Origin: Chiloscyllium plagiosum
Taxonomy: Eukaryota
Length of the DNA: 54,713 bases
Reading direction: 5' to 3'
NCBI RefSeq assembly: GCF_004010195.1
Contig: NC_057718.1
Location: 23,768,287 to 23,822,999, forward strand
In this document: piece after piece, positions 50,724 through 54,713 of the stretch
Position numbering within the stretch: the first letter of the stretch is position 1
Layout of the letters: each line of letters opens with the position of its first letter
The notes under the pieces: generated by a model
The model's database searches: none
The model's input: the letters and a program-made list of their open reading frames with translations, nothing else
Told to the model about the DNA's origin: nothing
Made by a program: the position numbers and the translations under genes

Positions 50724-50877
50724 TTGATGTGGAGGTGCCGGCGTTGGACAAGGGTGGATTAGGTCAAAAGTCACTCGACACTAGCTTAAAGTCCAACAGC
50801 TTTATTTGAAATCACAAGCTTTCACAAGTGGTGCCGCTTCGTTGACTAAAACCTGGTGGTGTGTGACTTTTGACCTT
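50724..50877. mobile_element. PLE terminal fragment (third family) with a short inversion
   Basis: Homologous to 20514-20612; contains the inverted pair aggtcaaaagtcac / gtgacttttgacct. Confidence 0.7.
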
Positions 50878-50986
50878 TACTGGGAGCATCACAGTTGATT
50901 CTAGGTCACCATAGCTTTAAGGTAATGATCAAAGAGTGTGGTACTGGAATAGCACAGCTGGTCAGGCAGCATCTGAGGAACAGGAG

Positions 50987-51022
50987 AGTCAACGTTTCGA
51001 GCATAAGCTCTTCATCAGGAAT
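50987..51022 (-). ncRNA. Minimal type I hammerhead ribozyme motif
   Basis: Reverse strand: CUGAUGA-A-GAGC(UUAU)GCUC-GAAAC-GUU. Confidence 0.68.
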
Positions 51023-52863
51023 GAGGGAGTGGCTAAAGGGAGCTGAGGGATAAATGGGAGGGGGTGGGGCTGGGGGCAAAGTAGCTGGGAATGTGATAGG
51101 CAGATGAAGATAGGGTGAAGTGATAGGTCAGAGTGGAGAGTGGAGCGGATAGGTGGGAAGGAAGATTGACGAGACAGTTCAAGAGGGCAGTGCCAAGTTG
51201 GAAGGTTGGTTCTGGGATAACGTGGAGGGGAGGGGAAGGGAAATGAGGAAACAGGTGAAATCCACATTGACCTCGTGTGGTTGGAGGGTCCCAAGGCAGA
51301 AGATAAGGCATTCTTCCTCCAGGCGGGGGTGGTTAGGGTTTGGTGGTGGAGGAGGCCCAGGACTTGCATGTCCTTGGTGGATGGCAGGGGGAATCAAAAT
51401 GTTTGGTTATAGTGCAGTTGGGTTGTTTAGTGCCTGTGTCCCAGAGATAGTCTCAGAAATGTTCCGCAAATTGACATTCTGTCTCCCCAATGTAGAGGAC
51501 ACCACATCAAGAGCAACAGACACAATAGATGACAGCTGCCGAAGTCCAGGTAAATTTCTGTCAGATGTGGACAGGTCCTTTGGAGCCTTGGACAAGGGTG
51601 AGGGGGAAGGTGTGGGAGCAGGCTTTGCACTTCTTGCAGTGGCAGCGGAAGGTGCCGGTAGGGGAAAGTGGATTGGTAGAGGGCATGGATGCAACAAGGG
51701 AGTCACGGAGGGAATGGTCTCTCCAGAACGCAGATAGGGGTGGAGAGGGAAATATATCTCTAGTGGTAGGGTCTGTTTGTAGGTGGAGAATGATGCAATG
51801 TATCCGGAGATTGGTGGGATGGAAGGTGATGGGGGGGCGGGGTGGGCTGTGTGCTTGTTGCAATTAGAAGGATGGGTTCAAGGGCATAGGTGCGGGAAGT
51901 GGAGGAGATGCATTGGATGGCATTTTCGACCATGTGGGAGGGGGAATTGCTGTCTTTGAAGAAGGAGGCCATCTGGGATCTGTTCCATAGAATGCCCTCC
52001 AGCACATCTCCTCCACTTCCTGCACCTATGCCCTTGAACCCTACCCATCTAATCACAATAAGGGCAGAACCCCCTCGATCCTCACTTTCCACCCACCAGC
52101 CTCCAAAACAATGCATCAATGCTGCCACCTACAAACAGAGCCCACCCTTGGGATATATTTCCCTCCCAACCCTTGTCTGTGTTCCAGAGAGACCACTTCC
52201 TCCCTTGTTAGATCCACACACACCCCCACCAACCCACCCTCCCCTCCCAGCACCTTCCCTTGCCACCGTAAGTAATGCAAAATCTAAACCCACAACTCCC
52301 CCCTCACCCTCAACCAAGACCCCAAAGAATCCTTCCACATTCAATAGAGACTTACCTGTGCTCCTACACACGTCATTTACTGTGTCCATTGCTCTCAATG
52401 TGGTCTCATCTACATTGGAGAGACAGGATGCCAACTTAAGGAATGTTTCAGAGAACATCTCTGGGACACACACACCCACCAACCCCACTGCCCTATGGCC
52501 GAACACTGCAACTCCCCCTCCCACTCCGCCAAGGACATGCACGTCCTGGGCTTCCTTCACCATCAAACACTTACCACCCGACGCCTGGAGGAGGAATGCC
52601 TCATCTTCCGCCTTAGGCCCCTCCAGCCACACGGGATCAATGTAGATACTAGATTCCTCATTTCTCCTCCTCCCACTTTATGCTAGATACAACCTTCCAA
52701 CTTGGCATTACCCTCTTGAACTGTCCTACATGTCAATCTTCCTTCCTACCTATCCATTCCACCCTCCTCTCTGACCTGTCACTTTCACTTCTACCTTCAT
52801 CTACTTATTGCATTCCCAGTTACCTTCCGCCAGCCCCACATCCCTCCTATTGGGCCACCCCTC

Positions 52864-52899
52864 ATTCCTGATGAAGAGCTTATGCTTGAAACGTTGACT
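52864..52899 (+). ncRNA. Minimal type I hammerhead ribozyme motif
   Basis: CUGAUGA-A-GAGC(UUAU)GCUU-GAAAC-GUU. Confidence 0.62.
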
Positions 52900-53045
52900 C
52901 TCATGCTCCTCGGATGCTGTCTGAACGGCTCTGCTCTTCTAGCACCACACTCTTCAACTTTCATCTCCAGCATCTGCAATCCTCACTTTCTCCGTTTAAG
53001 GTAACAGGCTAATATGGGGCTTCCCCCATCATCCTTTGATATGTA

Positions 53046-53379
53046 GGTTTGGTGGATTGCCCATGCTGAATTGCCCCATAGTGTCGAAGGATGTGCAGGC
53101 TAGGTGGATTGGTAATGGTAAATGTGGTGTTACAGAGGATCAGGGCAGACTCTGGGCTGAATGGCCTCTTTCCACAATGTAGAGATTACTATTATTCTAT
53201 TCTAACCTGCACATCTTTGGATTGTGGGAGAAACCCACGTAGACATGATGAGAACATCTCTCATGCAATGATGGAGAACATGCAAACTCCACACAGACAG
53301 TCACCCAAGGCTGGGATTGAATCTGGGTCCCTGGTGCTTTAAGGCAACAGTGCTAACCACTGAGCCACCATGCTGTCCA
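53046..53379. mobile_element. Rearranged HE1-type SINE (3' half on +, 5' half on -)
   Basis: The plus-strand tail half (to about 53200) abuts the minus-strand head and V-domain; flanking atatgta at 53039-53045 and 53380-53386. Confidence 0.8.
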
Positions 53380-54369
53380 ATATGTAAGGATTTTAGGAAA
53401 GGATAGGGCAGTGGATTTGGAATAATTAATTGATTTTGAAGAGTCAGCAGAGACATGCTAGGAAGGGCTCATGTGACACAATTGTCATGTCCTTACCTCC
53501 AAACCAGGAAGACTAGATTCAACTCTCACTTTTTCCAGTCTTAACACATCTGAACAGGTTGATCAGGAACTACCAGGACATGCTGAGTCTGATAAATGGC
53601 TTTTTGTTTTAAATTAATTTCTTTTGACATTTTGATTTTTATTGGTGTTCCCCATAGACCATTTCCACTCATTTCCACTTTGGTATGTTCATCTGAAAGT
53701 AACAGAGTAATAAAGGGCTCATATGGCATATGGAAGTATCCCTACATCTGGGCCAGAAGGTCAAGTTCAAATCCCACCTGCCTGGGTGGTTAATTTTTAA
53801 AATACAATGTTTATACACAAAAGATCATCATTTCTTCCATGCAGTAAGATTCTATGACTAGAATCTTATTGAGATGTCAGGTAACATCTGCCAAATTTGG
53901 GAAGCTAACAGGAAACCTGCACCACCTCATCCAGGAAGGCATTCTAGCCACAACCCAATCAGGCAGTGGTGAAGCCACCACCAGACCTTGGCCTGGAATC
54001 AAGACCTCAAATGTCCCACTCAGCAAGTGCTAAGAGCAAATCAGAAGCCAATAGCTGTGTTCAGTCACATACTTGATGGATGAAATGGTCTCACCCTGTA
54101 CTGTACAAAAGAAATTGACTAAAGACTGAGTCCCAGATCAATGGGCTGATAGTCATGCTTCTCTTCTCATTCCAGACCTATCCCTCTCCTCCCTTCAACG
54201 TGTATTCTCTAACAATTCTCTTTCAGTTTTGATTTTGCTTTCATACCAAAATTGTCACAGTTATAGACGTTTACCTCAGATACAGGTCCATGACTGGGTA
54301 TTTCTCCAGTTCTGCTCCTGTCTTGTTTGTGGGGTGTCACGAGTGGTGGAGCAGAAACATGTTGTAACT

Positions 54370-54500
54370 TTATGGGGCCAGCGACCATAGTTCTATTCGT
54401 TTTAAAATAGTAATGGAAAAGGATAGACCAGATCGAAAAGTTGAAGTTCTAAGTTGGAGAAAGGCCAAATTTGACAGTATTAGGCAAGAACTTTCGAAAT
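54370..54500 (+). mobile_element. CR1 ORF2 fragment (end of the endonuclease)
   Basis: GASDHSSIRFKIVMEKDR..VEVLSWRKAKFDSIRQELSK. Confidence 0.85.
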
Positions 54501-54713
54501 TCTGGATTAGTGATGCTGGAAGAGCACAGCAGTTCAGGCAGCTTCCAAGGCGCAGCGAAATCGACATTTCGGGCAAAAGCCCTTCATCAGGAATAAAGGA
54601 AGAGAGCCTGAAGCGTGGAGAGATAAGCTAGAGGAGGGTGGGGGTGGGGAGAAAGTAGCATAGAGTACAATATGTGAGTGGGGGAGGGGTTGAAGGTGAT
54701 AGGTCAGGGAGGA
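54501..54713 (-). mobile_element. Young PLE terminal repeat (continues past the window end)
   Basis: Same terminal-repeat architecture as the other PLE copies; CpGs retained. Confidence 0.85.
54559..54594 (-). ncRNA. Minimal type I hammerhead ribozyme motif
   Basis: Reverse strand: CUGAUGA-A-GGGC(UUUU)GCCC-GAAAU-GUC. Confidence 0.65.

Larger units (their letters stand above)
50926..52994. mobile_element. Penelope-like (Neptune-like) fold-back insertion of about 2.07 kb
   Basis: 10-bp TSD tttaaggtaa at 50916-50925 and 52995-53004. Minus arm to about 51980 and plus arm after it both carry the RT-tail, Zn-linker (GTFRCHCKKCKAC) and GIY-YIG remnants. Confidence 0.92.

Overview
Repeat-dense eukaryotic sequence, most likely from a cartilaginous fish (shark). 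This is inferred from HE1-type V-SINEs, HER1/CR1 LINEs, Deu-domain SINEs and the Penelope-like families present. I found no intact host protein-coding gene, so the window looks like a large intron or gene desert. The longer ORFs in the track are retroelement fragments or their antisense shadows. Main components: many CR1 LINE fragments (RT, endonuclease and an SGNH-type ORF1); at least three families of Penelope-like elements (PLEs) with GIY-YIG and Zn-linker remnants; HE1, Deu-type and other tRNA-derived SINEs; a TA-flanked Tc1/mariner-type MITE; a probable solo LTR; and a decayed, intron-containing Harbinger-type Myb/SANT gene. The most notable signals are: (1) repeated minimal hammerhead ribozyme cores in the PLE terminal repeats, with compensatory base changes, occurring both as about 100-bp units flanked by target-site duplications (TSDs) and at the ends of long fold-back insertions; (2) an unexplained multi-hairpin element at about 47.5-47.8 kb; (3) a possible spliced minus-strand non-coding or micropeptide transcript at about 21-26 kb. 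Family names come from my recognition of motifs, not from database searches. Boundaries of old repeats are approximate.
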